From Podarcis melisellensis (taxonomy: Eukaryota): a stretch of 64,000 nt of DNA. A program made the position numbers and the translations under genes. Within the stretch, counting starts at the first letter, position 1; each line of letters begins with the position of its first letter. The notes beneath the pieces were generated by a model. That model did not search any database. It was given only the letters and a program-made list of their open reading frames with translations, and had not been told where the DNA came from. The DNA is taken from the NCBI GenBank assembly GCA_964234715.1, contig OZ174276.1; one strand, 5' to 3'. Shown piece after piece: positions 49,601 to 60,929 of this stretch.

Positions 49601-52600
49601 AAACTCTATATACCCCTAAGTGACTTACAAAACATAATGATTAGATTCTGATCCTTAGAACGTGATAGATGTGCTGATTGAGCCAGTAGTCACGCTAAAC
49701 TGACTAATAGTAAAAGCCAGAAAATGATGAAACAAGCCATAAAATGATGTGAGATGAACGGGAAATGAGAAGGGCTTGTTGGGACAGGCCTGGTGGGGCA
49801 GAATAGACCCACAAGCTGAAGGTTCTCCACTATAGAGCTGAATCATTGACAACGTGCCTCCCTTTACTGGTAAACCCCCCCCCCCCAAAAAAAATCTGCA
49901 GTCTGAGGTACAGCTGCCAAACCCCACCCGGAAAGTGAATCCATAGCTGAGCTGAAAAGATTTGAAACCAGGGATCTAAAGTTCAACACTCTAATAACCC
50001 AGCTCTTTTGAGCTGACAGCTTTACCCCACTGTTCTTCAANNNNNNNNNNNNNNNNNNNNNNNNNNNNNNNNNNNNNNNNNNNNNNNNNNNNNNNNNNNN
50101 NNNNNNNNNNNNNNNNNNNNNNNNNNNNNNNNNNNNNNNNNNNNNNNNNNNNNNNNNNNNNNNNNNNNNNNNNNNNNNNNNNNNNNNNNNNNNNNNNNNN
50201 TTTCAATGATTTTGGCATTAGAAACAAAGGACCCTCTAAAACAGGGACAATTAGAGGCAAAGTGTTCGTGACAAGAAGCATAAAACAAACAGCTTTGTGT
50301 GCTCCTATTATTAGATAGGAGTTTCTCCTTAGCTGTTCCCACACTGTTCTGTGCCCCAGTGACTCTATATTTACTGAGGCAGATGGGCAAGCTAAAAAAG
50401 GAGTCTCATTTTAGAAGGATGTAAATTCACAAGCACTAGTGGAAATTCTGATGGAATGGGGGAATAAAGTACCTTTTCCAACCATTATACACTCCACAAG
50501 GCAGTTAGGATAGCATGGGAGGAGGAAGGGAAGGGAAGCAGTCCCCAAAATGTCTTCAACCATAAAAATAAATAAATGAGTCAGGACTCTAGATAGAAGC
50601 ACAACAAAAACATGGGTTCCTCTTCAGATTTCTGAATCCCTTTCCCACCAGAGTTCCACTTGCTCCTCCCCCTTGAGCAGAATACAGTTTTCAAAATAAG
50701 CTAACACATGGGCCCAGCTACTTTATCTTATTTTTGCAACCTCCACTCATTTTGTGCAGTTTTGGTTACAGTCATACCTTGGAAGTTGAACGGAATCCGT
50801 TCCGGAAGTCCATTCAACTTCCAAAATGTTCGGAAATGAAGCCATGGCTTTTGCAGGAAGCTCCTGCAGCCAATCAGAAGCCACGGAACCCGTTGGACAT
50901 TTGGGTTCCAAAAAACGTTTGCAAACATGAACACTCACTTCTGGGTTTGCGGCGTTCGGGAGCCAAAATGTTCGACTCGCAAGGGGGGTCGACTTCCAAG
51001 GTATGAATGTACTCTGGTGGTGTGCAGTTTTGATAAGTTTTTGTTTGCTTATTTTTTTAAAAAAGTGCGCTCGCAGAGTGTAGTCAGAGCCATGGCGGGG
51101 TTGGGAGGAATTAAAACTAAGAACACACAAGGCTTTTGAGAGATTTGTTAACTTTTTGCAATGCCTTCTCAACAGCCTGCGAGTTCCCCGTGTCAGTTTT
51201 CCCGACAGAGGCATCTGCAAGATGTCACTTGAAAGGGAACTACCTGATGACGACTTTACCTGAGCACCTGGTGCTGAAGGACATGCACTCCGGGCAAGCC
51301 CTCTATACCTGGCCTTATGCCTTCCTCCGAAGATTTGGCCAGGAAAAGGTATGTTGTGTCTGTTTCCTCCTCCAGTGGCCCAGAAAACACCCGTCCTCTA
51401 CTGACTACCCTCAGGAATAGCATCAAAGGCAGGGAACATCCTGTCTTGCCCTGCAGCTTGAGGACAGGGAGTACCCTCATTCCCAGTGGGCTGTGTTAGC
51501 AGGCCCTGGTCACACCTTCAGCCCACAGGATGATTTCAAAATAAGCGGACCTGGGACGTGGGTGGCACTGTGGGTTAAACCACAGAGCCTAGGACTTGCC
51601 AATCAGAAGTTCGGCGGTTCAAATCCCCGAGACGGGGTGAGCTCCCGTTGCTCGGTCCCTGCTCCTGCCAACCTAGCAGTTCGAAAGCACGTCAAAGTGC
51701 AAGTAAATAGGTACCGCTCCAGCGGGAAGGTAAGCAGCGTTTCCGTGCGCTGCTCTGGTTCGCCAGAAGCGGCTTAGTCCTGCTGGCCACATGACCCGGA
51801 AGCTGTACGCCGGCTCTCTCGGCCAATAAAGCGAGATGAACACCACAATTCTAGAGTCGGTCACAACTGGACCTAATGGTCAGGGGACCCTTTACCTTTA
51901 CCTTTACAGGGATAGCAGATAAGTCTACCTCACACTTCAGGTGATGCTTCTTGTAGTGTGTTGCTGCTGTTCTGGGAATAGTAGTATCTTTAGTAAATTC
52001 ACACCCACCCTTTTCTGTCTTGGTGCATTGGGCTAGGAGTTGAAATGCTCACCCTCCCATTATTTCACCATTCACTTGAACACGTAAAAAAATTGTCCAC
52101 CCACTCTTCTGATATGACAATCCTGGAGGCTGGTATATTTCCTCCTGCTGCCCACCCACCCTCTTAGTTTGCTGCCTGCTCCTGGGACTTTTTAAACCCA
52201 TCCAGATTAGACTCAGTTAGAGCTATTTCATATGCAGGGACCATAGATCAGCTGCTGAAAGCGTGCTGCACATCCCTTACATGCCGAAGTCACCAGATTC
52301 TATCCCTGGCATCTCCAGTTAAAAGAAACAGGTAGAAGGTGATGGGGAAGAGTCTCTGCCTGAGAGCTGTGGCAAGCTAAACTGGGCAATCCTGGGCTAG
52401 ATGGAGGAAATATAGTCCAAACAGATGGACCTCTTGCTGCTGGATGCCAAAGACGAGATGACGGCCTTTGATTCCATGCACAGAAGCTACCTGGGCTGAC
52501 AGCCGAGTCTTGGCATTGGCAATGGCACAGCACCCTCTACCACTCCTGGGGGCAGCAGGCTATCCTGGCAGGAGGGGGTCGAGTGCAGGGCAGCCTAGCT

Positions 52601-54212
52601 TAAGAGACTTGGAGGAATAATGGTGGACTGCTGCCCTGCCCCCAGTGGTGAATGGTGCCTCTTTGCGACTGGTTGGGAGGAAGGCAGAGAGACCAACAGC
52701 AGGTGGCGCCAGAGCCAATGACAGGCAGAGCCACCTGTGACGAGTTGTAAGTGAGGAGACAGGTTGGGGTTGGCTGAGGGCAGGCTGAGTTTGGTGGGAC
52801 AGGGCTCCCTTTGCCCTGAATGGACTAGCCTGTGTTGCCTGCCCTAATGGTAGGGCTGCCCTTGAGTCTGGCCCAATATAAGGCCTCTTCCAGGTAAATC
52901 TCTGCAATGTCCAGCTAAAAGGATTTTGGGTGGCATAGCAAGAGGAAATGTCTGGCTGAGATGCCGCAGAGCTACTGCCCATCATAATCCTGGGCTAAAA
53001 GGTCCCATTGACTTAAATCAGCAACTTCTATCTAGTCTATTTTTCTTGGATCTGTCTCCAGTGAGGCTCAGCAGCAGCAGACAACTATGGGCTGATCCAC
53101 ATCATACATGAAAAGCGCATCCAGTGTGTGTTCAAAGTGCATGGCTTTCCCCAAAAAGGAACCCTGGGAAACGGTAGTTGGTTGAGGCTGCTGGGCACTG
53201 TAGAACTACAGTTCCCAGGGTTCTTTGGAGTTCCTTAAATGTTTGTTGGGTGTGCTTTAAATGTTTGGTGCTGCTCTGATTTGCTTTGCCTTAGATGCTG
53301 CAGGGGAAACTTGAGCAGAGATCTCAATGATGGCCAAGTATGAGAATCACCTTAAGAAAGCACCTTTGTGTTCCCCCACTCTCTCCCCAGACGGTGTTCT
53401 CCTTTGAGGCCGGGCGCCGCTGTGACTCCGGAGAGGGCCTCTTTATCTTTAACACCATACGGGCTGTGGAGATCTGCCGAGCTGTCTCGGCCTCCATAGA
53501 CCGCCAGAAAGCCACTCTTCTGGAGAGAGACAAGAAAGCCGGCATCTCCCCACCCCAGGACTGTGTGCAGAAAGCAGGCGGCTGGTCCTGGCCCACCAGC
53601 CCGGAAAGCCCGGAGGGAGTGCAGCCGCTGTACGAAAGAACGCCAAAGGGAAGTGTGGACATGGGGTACTCGGCAGCGCCTCCTGGCAGCAGCCGCTCCA
53701 TTTCCCCAGAGTTCAAGGCTTCCGACTCGCCCATCATCTACGCTTCCATTGGCAAGAGCTTCCCTCTCCCGTTCCAGCCCTCGGGCAAGGCAGAGGCAGA
53801 ACCCAAAGTGGGAAGTGAGCAGGGCTCGGACCACCTCTATGAGAATCTGCGCAGTCTGGAGCAGCAGGCCCTCTGCGCGGAGCCTCTGAGCCTCGGCTAC
53901 AGAGACTCCCCTGAGGGCAGCGGCAGCAACGGGGGGTCGCCCATCTACGACAACAGCCCCGTCGTGGCAAGGCGCTCCAACAGTAACCCTGGCTTCAATC
54001 CCAGCGCTGTGGGGGCTGACCCTGCCCCAGACAGCCAGTGCCCTCCTCCCTTGCTGGATTGCCAGGGGCCCGAAAGCGGAGGTGAGGGCCGGGCCAGGGC
54101 CAAGGCCAGAGGGGCTGGGGCCTTCAAGCACAAGCTGGTCACTATGTTGAGCCGGGATGGAGGAGCCAGCAAAGCAGCCGGCAAGAACGCAGGCTCAATG
54201 GACAAAGCATGA
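43549..54212 (+). CDS. DOK3: Docking protein 3; join(43549-43605,46964-47254,48461-48554,51176-51348,53391-54212), 478 aa
   Basis: PH domain (VKDGILYIQHPKFGKKVWRKVW...RKVIRLSDCVSV), linker MEENTIYSSW, IRS-type PTB (WPYAFLRRFG...FSFEAGRRCDSGEGLF) and tail motifs YASI, YENL, YDNS. Lies directly downstream of DDX41; phases are consistent. Confidence 0.93.
43871..43876 (+). terminator. AATAAA, probable DDX41 poly(A) signal
   Basis: First canonical hexamer I can find after the DDX41 stop; preceded by TGTA elements. Confidence 0.6.
45700..46260 (+). mobile_element. Decayed L2 LINE 3' fragment
   Basis: LATVVHALVTSRLD motif, then frameshifted remnant and A/T-rich tail. Confidence 0.7.
46964..47254 (+). 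CDS. DOK3: DOK3 PH-domain exon
   Basis: cacag|AAG ... CAG|gtattg, 291 nt. Confidence 0.95.
48461..48554 (+). CDS. DOK3: DOK3 linker exon (PLMEENTIYSSWQE)
   Basis: cacag|AGG ... GAAA|gtatgt, 94 nt, phase 0-1. Confidence 0.9.
48831..48966. mobile_element. Palindromic hAT MITE, 136 bp
   Basis: AGCCTTTCTCAAACTTGGGTTCC / GGAACCCAAGTTTGAGAAAGGCT inverted ends. Confidence 0.85.
50041..50200. other. Assembly gap (160 N) in a DOK3 intron
   Basis: Run of N. Confidence 1.
50769..51009. mobile_element. Tc1/mariner (Tigger-like) MITE
   Basis: TA|CAGTCATACCTTGGAAGT...ACTTCCAAGGTATGAATG|TA. Confidence 0.8.
51176..51348 (+). CDS. DOK3: DOK3 PTB exon
   Basis: aacag|CC ... AAG|gtatgt, 173 nt, phase 1-0. 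Confidence 0.93.
51553..51906 (+). mobile_element. Full-length Sauria SINE
   Basis: tRNA-like head (GGTGGCACTGTGG...GGTTCAAATCC), conserved body, (ACCTTT)n tail. Confidence 0.92.
53391..54212 (+). CDS. DOK3: DOK3 last exon (end of PTB plus Tyr-motif tail)
   Basis: ccccag|ACG ... TGA, 822 nt. Confidence 0.93.
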   Translation, partial: TVFSFEAGRRCDSGEGLFIFNTIRAVEICRAVSASIDRQKATLLERDKKAGISPPQDCVQKAGGWSWPTSPESPEGVQPLYERTPKGSVDMGYSAAPPGSSRSISPEFKASDSPIIYASIGKSFPLPFQPSGKAEAEPKVGSEQGSDHLYENLRSLEQQALCAEPLSLGYRDSPEGSGSNGGSPIYDNSPVVARRSNSNPGFNPSAVGADPAPDSQCPPPLLDCQGPESGGEGRARAKARGAGAFKHKLVTMLSRDGGASKAAGKNAGSMDKA

Positions 54213-54499
54213 TGGATCCCTCCAGCTGCCTGGGGTTTGGGGAGCCCCTTCCGCCAATTTAATCTCCTATGCCTCCTCCTTATCAAGACTTTGGAAGCAG
54301 GATCTATGTGACCTCAAGACACAGCTTCTCAAATCGTTAGATAGTGACGTGTTGGAGGCAAGGCTGGTTAGATGCCCTCAACTCCATTGTGACAGCCTTG
54401 GTTCCTCAGGTGAAGCATGTCTAGCTTGGGAACAAGGGGATCTGAGGGACCAGGTGGGTGAGGTGTACATTTTGGGTTTTCTTTTTTCCTTTGTGTCTC

Positions 54500-54513
54500 A
54501 ATAAATAAATAAA
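54500..54513 (+). terminator. Overlapping AATAAA x3, DOK3 poly(A) signal
   Basis: AATAAATAAATAAA about 290 nt after the DOK3 stop, with T/GT-rich sequence downstream. Confidence 0.75.
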
Positions 54514-54803
54514 ACAACATTTCTTGGGTTATCAAGTCCCTCTGTTGATGCGGATTCTGCTTGGCTCTTTGTCTCTTTGCTCTTTTGCTTTTGAGACCAC
54601 CTGTTACTGCTGCACTTCCCAGGGAGGGATCTTCTCGTGGAAACCCCCTGGGAACTTGTTGATGTTATGAGGGCCAGCCTCACTCGGTGGTGAAGGGCAT
54701 TCTTGCTTGGCAAGTGCTAAATCCCCGGGATCTCTGGATGCAGGGCTGGGGGAAAGCATCCATGTGACATCTTGGAGAACCTCTGCCAGTCAGCACAGTA
54801 TCA

Positions 54804-55001
54804 CATAGCCCTCAACTGTCCTGAAAAACCTGGGACATCCCACCACCTAGGAGCATGGCAGCCATTTTGGGCGTCACAATCTCACCCTGAAAAAAGTGCT
54901 TTTTGGGGGCCGTGATCTTGCACGAGTCACATGACTCATGCAGTAGTGCAGCCCCGGAAGATGGTGTCCTAGATTTTCGTCATGACGCGTTGGAGGGTAT
55001 G
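54804..55001. mobile_element. DNA-transposon MITE nested in a Squam3-like SINE
   Basis: Ends CATAGCCCTCAAC / GTTGGAGGGTATG; 6-bp direct repeat GTATCA on both sides. Confidence 0.6.
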
Positions 55002-55828
55002 GTATCAGACTCCCTAGATAGCCCATGGCCTGACCTAAGGCACCTTCCTCTGTTCTTATCCATTTAGTATCCTAGCACCGTCCTTTTATTGAAGTGATGG
55101 GGAATCTTTAGCCCTCTTGGACTCCATCAGTCCCACCAAGCATAGCCAATGACAAGTTGTTGTAGTCTAACAACATAACAAAGGCCATAGGTTCCTCTTT
55201 TCGCTTTTTTTTTTTGCATGCTATAGTATGATGAGCTTCAAGTAATTGCTCTATTCTTGCACTAGAGGGCAATATGCCCTTTGCATGTAACTGAGCTCCA
55301 GCTTGCTCCATGTCAGCCCCATGGAGACAAAGGTGGACCCTGCGTAGCTTTCATGTTCTGCTGACCAGTCAGTTGTGAATGGAACGTGTGCTATTGTGAG
55401 GAGAGTTTTCTTTTAAATTATGTCTTGGAGTGGCCATTTCCTATTGTAAAGAGTAAATTCCTGAGCTGGAATAATGGGGTGACCCTCAACAGACCTCTAG
55501 ATTCCAACCTCCCTTTTCCTTCTAATCTCTTCTTCATTTATTTCTCTGGTGTTTCTGGGCATTAAGTTGCCCGGAGTATGAATTCAGCAGTACTTAAGAG
55601 GTGGGGCCCAACCCAAGAGGTTTTGCTGTCTGGAACAAGAATCTCTCACCCTGGCCCACCAGTCCAAATTGCATGTAACAGTACAGAAGACAACTGTTCT
55701 GGCATTTTCTTTCACTATGTATATGCCACACATGTAAAGCACATTGCCTCATCTCACCCTAAAAGAGATTCTGGGAACTGTAGTTGGTTAAAGGTGCTGG
55801 GAATTGCAGCTCTACGAGGAGTAAACTG

Positions 55829-55961
55829 AAGTATCTGAAGAAGTGTGCATGCACACGAAAGCTCGTACCAAGAACTAACTTAGTTGGTCTTTAAGGTGCT
55901 ACTGGAAGGAATTTTTTTTGTTTTGACTATGGCAGACCAACACGGCTACCTATCTGTAACT
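55829..55961 (+). mobile_element. Penelope-like element terminal-repeat fragment inserted in a MITE
   Basis: Hammerhead followed by ...TTGGTCTTTAAGGTGCTACTGG...CAGACCAACACGGCTACC, typical of PLE ends; interrupts the MITE at 55715-56018. Confidence 0.65.
55831..55868 (+). ncRNA. Minimal type-I hammerhead ribozyme motif (Penelope-associated)
   Basis: GTAT-CTGAAGA-A-GTGTGCATGCACAC-GAAA-GC-TC-GTAC: core boxes, palindromic stem II and closing stem I are all present. Confidence 0.7.
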
Positions 55962-57393
55962 GCAATTCCCAGGATTCTCTTGTGTGTGTGAGTGCTTTAA
56001 ATGGTGTGTATGCAGCCAGCTACACACCAGAGGGCAGCAGGTGAGCTTAGAGGCTGTGGTGCAGATCAGATGGTGGCACACCCCTTTCTGTCTGCTCCGC
56101 GGGCCTTCCGCACCCGCCGCCTGAGGCAGTTGTCTCACTCTACCTAATGGTAGAGCCAGCCCTGAGAAGAGCAACAGTTGTCATCAGTGGGCTCCAAAAG
56201 TCACGATCCGGAAAGGGTAGCATTAGGTCTGTCACCACATTCTGTGTGGAGTGCAGCCCCAAATACATATGAGGAGGAGCTGGTACAGCACCGTGCTTGT
56301 GAGTAATATCTGAAGGAAAGTTCATGTAAAAGAAGAGAGGGGACTGTGGCATTCTGAAACATGGGCCAAATCTTAAAATGCAAGCCATGGCAGAGCAGCT
56401 TTCCAATAAGGAGATGAGGGAAGTGTGTGTGTCTCTTTCGCAGCGAGGCAGCTCTGTTGTTAAGAGGCTGCGTTGCACACGCAGAGAGTGGAAGAGGGAT
56501 TTCCCTTTGGCGCCATCTGAGGATAATAACGGAGCCACTTCCTGCTCTGCTTTGCTAAGCAAATCCAGATGTGGGCCTTCTGAATAGAAGCAGCAGGCAG
56601 CTTGCTGTAAACAACTCCAGGCCTCAATCAAAAGGATGGCGGCAGCCGCTGCTCTGCCAGCGCAGTAGCCTAACCCTGTGGTTCAAGAGGAAGCTCTGCC
56701 TGAAGAACCCACCACAAGACAGATCAGACAATGCCAAGCTCCTTATGAATGCATTTGTGTGAGGTAGGAGGGTGAGGGTCACAAATATCTATTACTTTGG
56801 TGTGATTTGGGGGCAGGTAGCAATGGATCCCAGTTGCTTTAGGCTCTCTGAACTCAGATCCAGCAGTTCAATCCAAGACTGGCGGTGCGAGGAGGGAGGG
56901 CGGGGAGAGAGAAAGTTCTATTAGCAGGATGGTTTTCATTTGGGTAGCTCTGAAGCGTAAAATTAAGGCAGGGCCATATGGCTGTTGCAGTGCCACTTTA
57001 TGTCCAGCAGAGGGAGTCAGATTATCAGATTCCTCTGCTGGTACTTAATTGGACTTTAAGCAGAAGGAAAGTAGGCGGCATCCATTAACTGCTTGCATTT
57101 TGGGGTAGCATTTTTCAAGGATGTAAATAAATCCAGGTTTCCAGTAGCATCTTTTTAAAAAATGGGTTTGCTGAGCAGCACCTAAGTGGGTGCTGTAGAG
57201 GGCAGAAAGAGGGTTTCTTCTGCTCTGTGTTTAGGTCACTTTCTCGTAATCATAGAATCATAGAAATAAAGTATGGAAATAAAGGTCTAGGGTGGTTTCA
57301 TTAATCAAAGCAACTGCTCCTGACTACACATAAGAGCAGAGGCCAGGCGAGCTGCCTTGATCAGGTAATGCATGGTGTTCTGGGGAAACATGT

Positions 57394-57655
57394 CATCGTC
57401 GTTTTTGGCAATCGCTTGTAGAAGAGTAAGATTGTCTTCCGTGAACACGGTCTTAACAGTGAGTCCATAAGTGTCTGTGGAGGCCAATTCTGGATCCACA
57501 CGTCCTTCCACAGCGGGGACATAGGTTTCCAGGGAGGAGTTGATCATGGTGAGGGTTTGCCAAACGTGCCTTCCTCTTAGCACGTTTCTCCCTTTTGTCC
57601 TGAGTTCGAGTGTCTTCAAAGTCCACGACACCTTTGGTAAAGGCTGTTCTGCAAT
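57394..57655 (-). mobile_element. RTE-clade LINE 3' end
   Basis: Minus-strand frame RTAFTKGVVDFEDTRTQDKREKRAKRKAR...CPRCGRTCGSRIGLHRHLWTHC*, the C2H2-type C-terminus typical of RTE ORFs. Confidence 0.8.
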
Positions 57656-59863
57656 TAGAGCACCATCAACGGTGTCTCTGAAAACTTTTACATATCACTT
57701 GGGGGGACATGTGTGGTTATCATGACCAGGACTGCAATTGTAGGGGTATCTGTAGGAACTGTACTCGGTACAGTTGTCATCTGACCATTGGCCCAGTTTT
57801 CCTGCTACTGCAAAACCAATAACTTCTTGACAAATCCTCCATGTGCATAATTGCCAGCAATTGAAACTTCAAAAGAGGGAGCTCTAAATTCCACTCCTAC
57901 CTGAAAAAGCCCATACACGCTCTGCCCCTGCTGGTTGACCCCCGACCTATGTTGAAAGAAAAGCAAATAAATCTAGGTACTGAACTATTTGCATTCATTT
58001 CAGATTACATCCCTAAATCTTTGTTCTTTAAAGGAAAAAGACCAAGACCAGGTTAAAAATGAACACAGCTTCACCCTTCCTGTTTTGTTTTGCTCTGCCC
58101 TCATCCACCAGTTTGTTCCTCCCCCACTCCCACCATGTTTCTGCTTTTGATGGCACAATAACTTAATAGTATGTGGGATTAAAGTGGCTTAAAGGAAACT
58201 ACTAGGTGTTTTATTGAAAGAGCACTGTGGTCAGTGGTCAGAGCAGTAGATTAAGAGCAAGGAGACGTGGGATCAAATCCCCAGTTGGCTATTATTCTCA
58301 CTGGTTAGCTCTCCGCCCCGTCCTACCCCCACAGAGCTGTTGCGATGACAAACAGGGAACGAAGAACCACTGAGATCCTTGGAAGAGGAGTGGGATAAAA
58401 ATGAAATAAATCTATTTGTTTACCTCCCGCAGAGAGAAACTTGGCAACCTCCTCTGGCTGAAGCAGCAAAGCTAAACATTGCTTTCAACCTCCTCCGCCT
58501 TGATCCTTTATCCTGTGTGTAGAAATCATAGCTGATGCATAAAGACCAGGGAGCCCTCCTGATCCCAGCACCTTTTAACAGTGACAGTGCTAAGTAATGA
58601 GTACTTCGGAGACCTCACTGGGAAAGAACTGGCTTCTTTCCAGGTTAAACCGTTAAGTTTCATGACTTACAGAATCTGCCGTTTTGAGATTTGTCAGCCT
58701 GCTTCTAACATGCGCCGAGTATGAATCACTGAATTCTGCCTTAAATAGAAGAGAAAGTGACTGGAGATTTCCAGAGAGGGAGAGGGGGCTGAGAAGTTGC
58801 CTTATTCAGCTGCTATTTTGCTTTGGTTCAGCTCTGTGCTGGGTTTTAATAGGCATCCTAGAGAGGCAAGTCACACAACGCTTGTGAGATGTCCTCTGAG
58901 AGATTTCAGATGCTATGAGCTTGCGTACTCGTTCCCCACACAGAACTGTGGCTCCCTGCATTCTGTATAGTGATGTTTTATTTACAGCCTTGTGTGCCAA
59001 CAAACAACAATATTCAAAACATGTGGCAGCAATTTTGCATGATCAGAATGCTTCCCCCCATCTCCATCTTTAGTTTTGTTTTTTCCAAATAGGCTACATG
59101 GCCTTATGCCAAGCACTTTTTATCCCATACTTTCCTGCCACTTTCCTTAGCTCCAATATCTGACTTTTTTTGTCTTCTTGTTGCCCATTCTGGATGCCAC
59201 TGCCTATACATACATAGCATGATGTCAGTTCTGTTGCCTGTGCACATTCTGGAACAGGAACTTCCTGTGCTCCTGGTCCTTTGTTTTTACAGAGTGCTTT
59301 CAGGGGCTGGCTTCACCTGGGGAAAGCTCTCCAAATTTGAAAGTAAAACGAAAGGACTTGCTGTCATCAGAGCTATTGACTGTGGATTTATGGTCCAATA
59401 GACTTTGGACTAGCTGTGGTCAGCGTGTGACATCCGGCTTGTGGGTGTCCTACATTTTGGCATAGGAACACAGTGGTCACCCATGAAGAACTACGGTCAC
59501 TGAAGAAAGCTGAGCTCCAGAGAGTGGCCATAACTCAATGGCACTCTGTATGTACTGCATTTGCATGCAGGTTCAAATGTGAGATCTCTCTACGTTAAAA
59601 GGGCCTTGGGTAGCAGAAATGGGAAAGGCTCCCCACGAGAGTCACATCTTGGAGAGTCACATCTGGACTGAGCCCACTGACCTTTCTAGCTCAGTAAAAG
59701 GAGCTTCATGCCTGCTTGACGGCTAGAAGCCTTATTTTCAGTGGGGAGAGGATTGCTCTTCTCCCCCATGGTACCAATGTTAAAAGGGGAATTTATGCAT
59801 CCTTTGCAGGTTCTGTTGTTCATCCTGCCTCCATAGTTGTGCTTGGCCTGCTATATTGAACTA

Positions 59864-60115
59864 CAGTGGTACCTCTGGTTGCGAATGGGATCTGTTCTGG
59901 AGGCCCATTCGCAACCTGAAAAGAATGCAACCTGTGTCTGCACACGCACTGGTCGCGATTTGCCGCTTCTGCGCATGTGTGTGACATCATTTTGCGTGTC
60001 TGCACATGCACAAGCGGCAAAACCCAGAAGTAACCCTTTCTGGTACTTTCGGGTCGCCATGGGATGCAACCTGAAAATGTGCAACCTGAAGCAAACGTAA
60101 AATGAGGTATGACTG
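59864..60115. mobile_element. Tc1/mariner (Tigger-like) MITE
   Basis: TA|CAGTGGTACCTC...GAGGTATGACTG|TA. Confidence 0.8.
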
Positions 60116-60277
60116 TAGTGAGACATTGGCAGTGTCTGTTAATACCTGTGTTGTGTTGCAGTTGCACAAAACACATTCCTGCATACTGTACCATGGAAAA
60201 GTTTGGGCACCCTGAAAAAAAGCATTTCAGATTCCTTCGCCATGTTTTGGACAGGAGCTTTTCTCTGTTCTTCCCCT

Positions 60278-60476
60278 AAAAGTAAAGGGACCCCTGACCA
60301 TTAGGTCCAGTCGTGACCGACTCTGGGATTGTGGCGCTCATCTCGCTTTATTGGCCGGCGTACAGCTTCCGGGTCATGTGGCCAGCATGACTAAGCCGCT
60401 TCTGGCGAACCAGAGCAGCGTACGGAAACGCCGTTTACCTTCCCTCTGGAGAGGTACCTATTTATCCACTTGCACT
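60278..60476 (-). mobile_element. Sauria SINE 3' half
   Basis: Reverse complement of about 51696-51900 with a small deletion. Confidence 0.88.
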
Positions 60477-60526
60477 AGGTACAAAAACTCATTTCTCTTT
60501 TTTCCAAAGAGAAATTGTGTGTACAC

Positions 60527-60660
60527 CAGGCATAGGCAAACTCGACCCTCCATGTTTTGGGACTACAATTCCCATCATCCCTGACCACTGGTCCTGTTAG
60601 CTAGGGATGATGGGAGTTGTACTCCCAAAACATATGGAGCGCCGAGTTCACCTATGCCTG
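60527..60660. mobile_element. Palindromic hAT MITE, about 134 bp
   Basis: CAGGCATAGG / CCTATGCCTG ends; central loop shared with the 3401-3534 copy. Confidence 0.85.
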
Positions 60661-60929
60661 GTGCTGGCCCTGCCACTAGCTTTCAAGCATCTTGGCTGTG
60701 TGAAGCAGCTGCAATAAAAATAATAACCATGACGATGGTGAAGGTGGGGGCTGGGAATTCCACAGCTTAGGGGCTGCCGCAGGGAATGCCCTCACCCGAT
60801 TAATAAAGCGCCTCTTCAGTTCCTGAGCATGTGCAGAATGCTGCGAGTGACCCACAAGCACCTCCCACCTCACAAGCAACAGCGAGGAGATCTTTCAGAG
60901 GCGAAACTAGGATTTCCAGAAGGAAGGAC

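Noticed and set aside
49991-50390. ORFs spanning X residues
   Set aside because: They are artefacts of the N gap.
53352-54131. 259-aa antisense ORF
   Set aside because: It is a shadow of the DOK3 last exon.
57305-57631. Protein-like 108-aa minus-strand ORF
   Set aside because: It is an alternative frame of an RTE LINE fragment.
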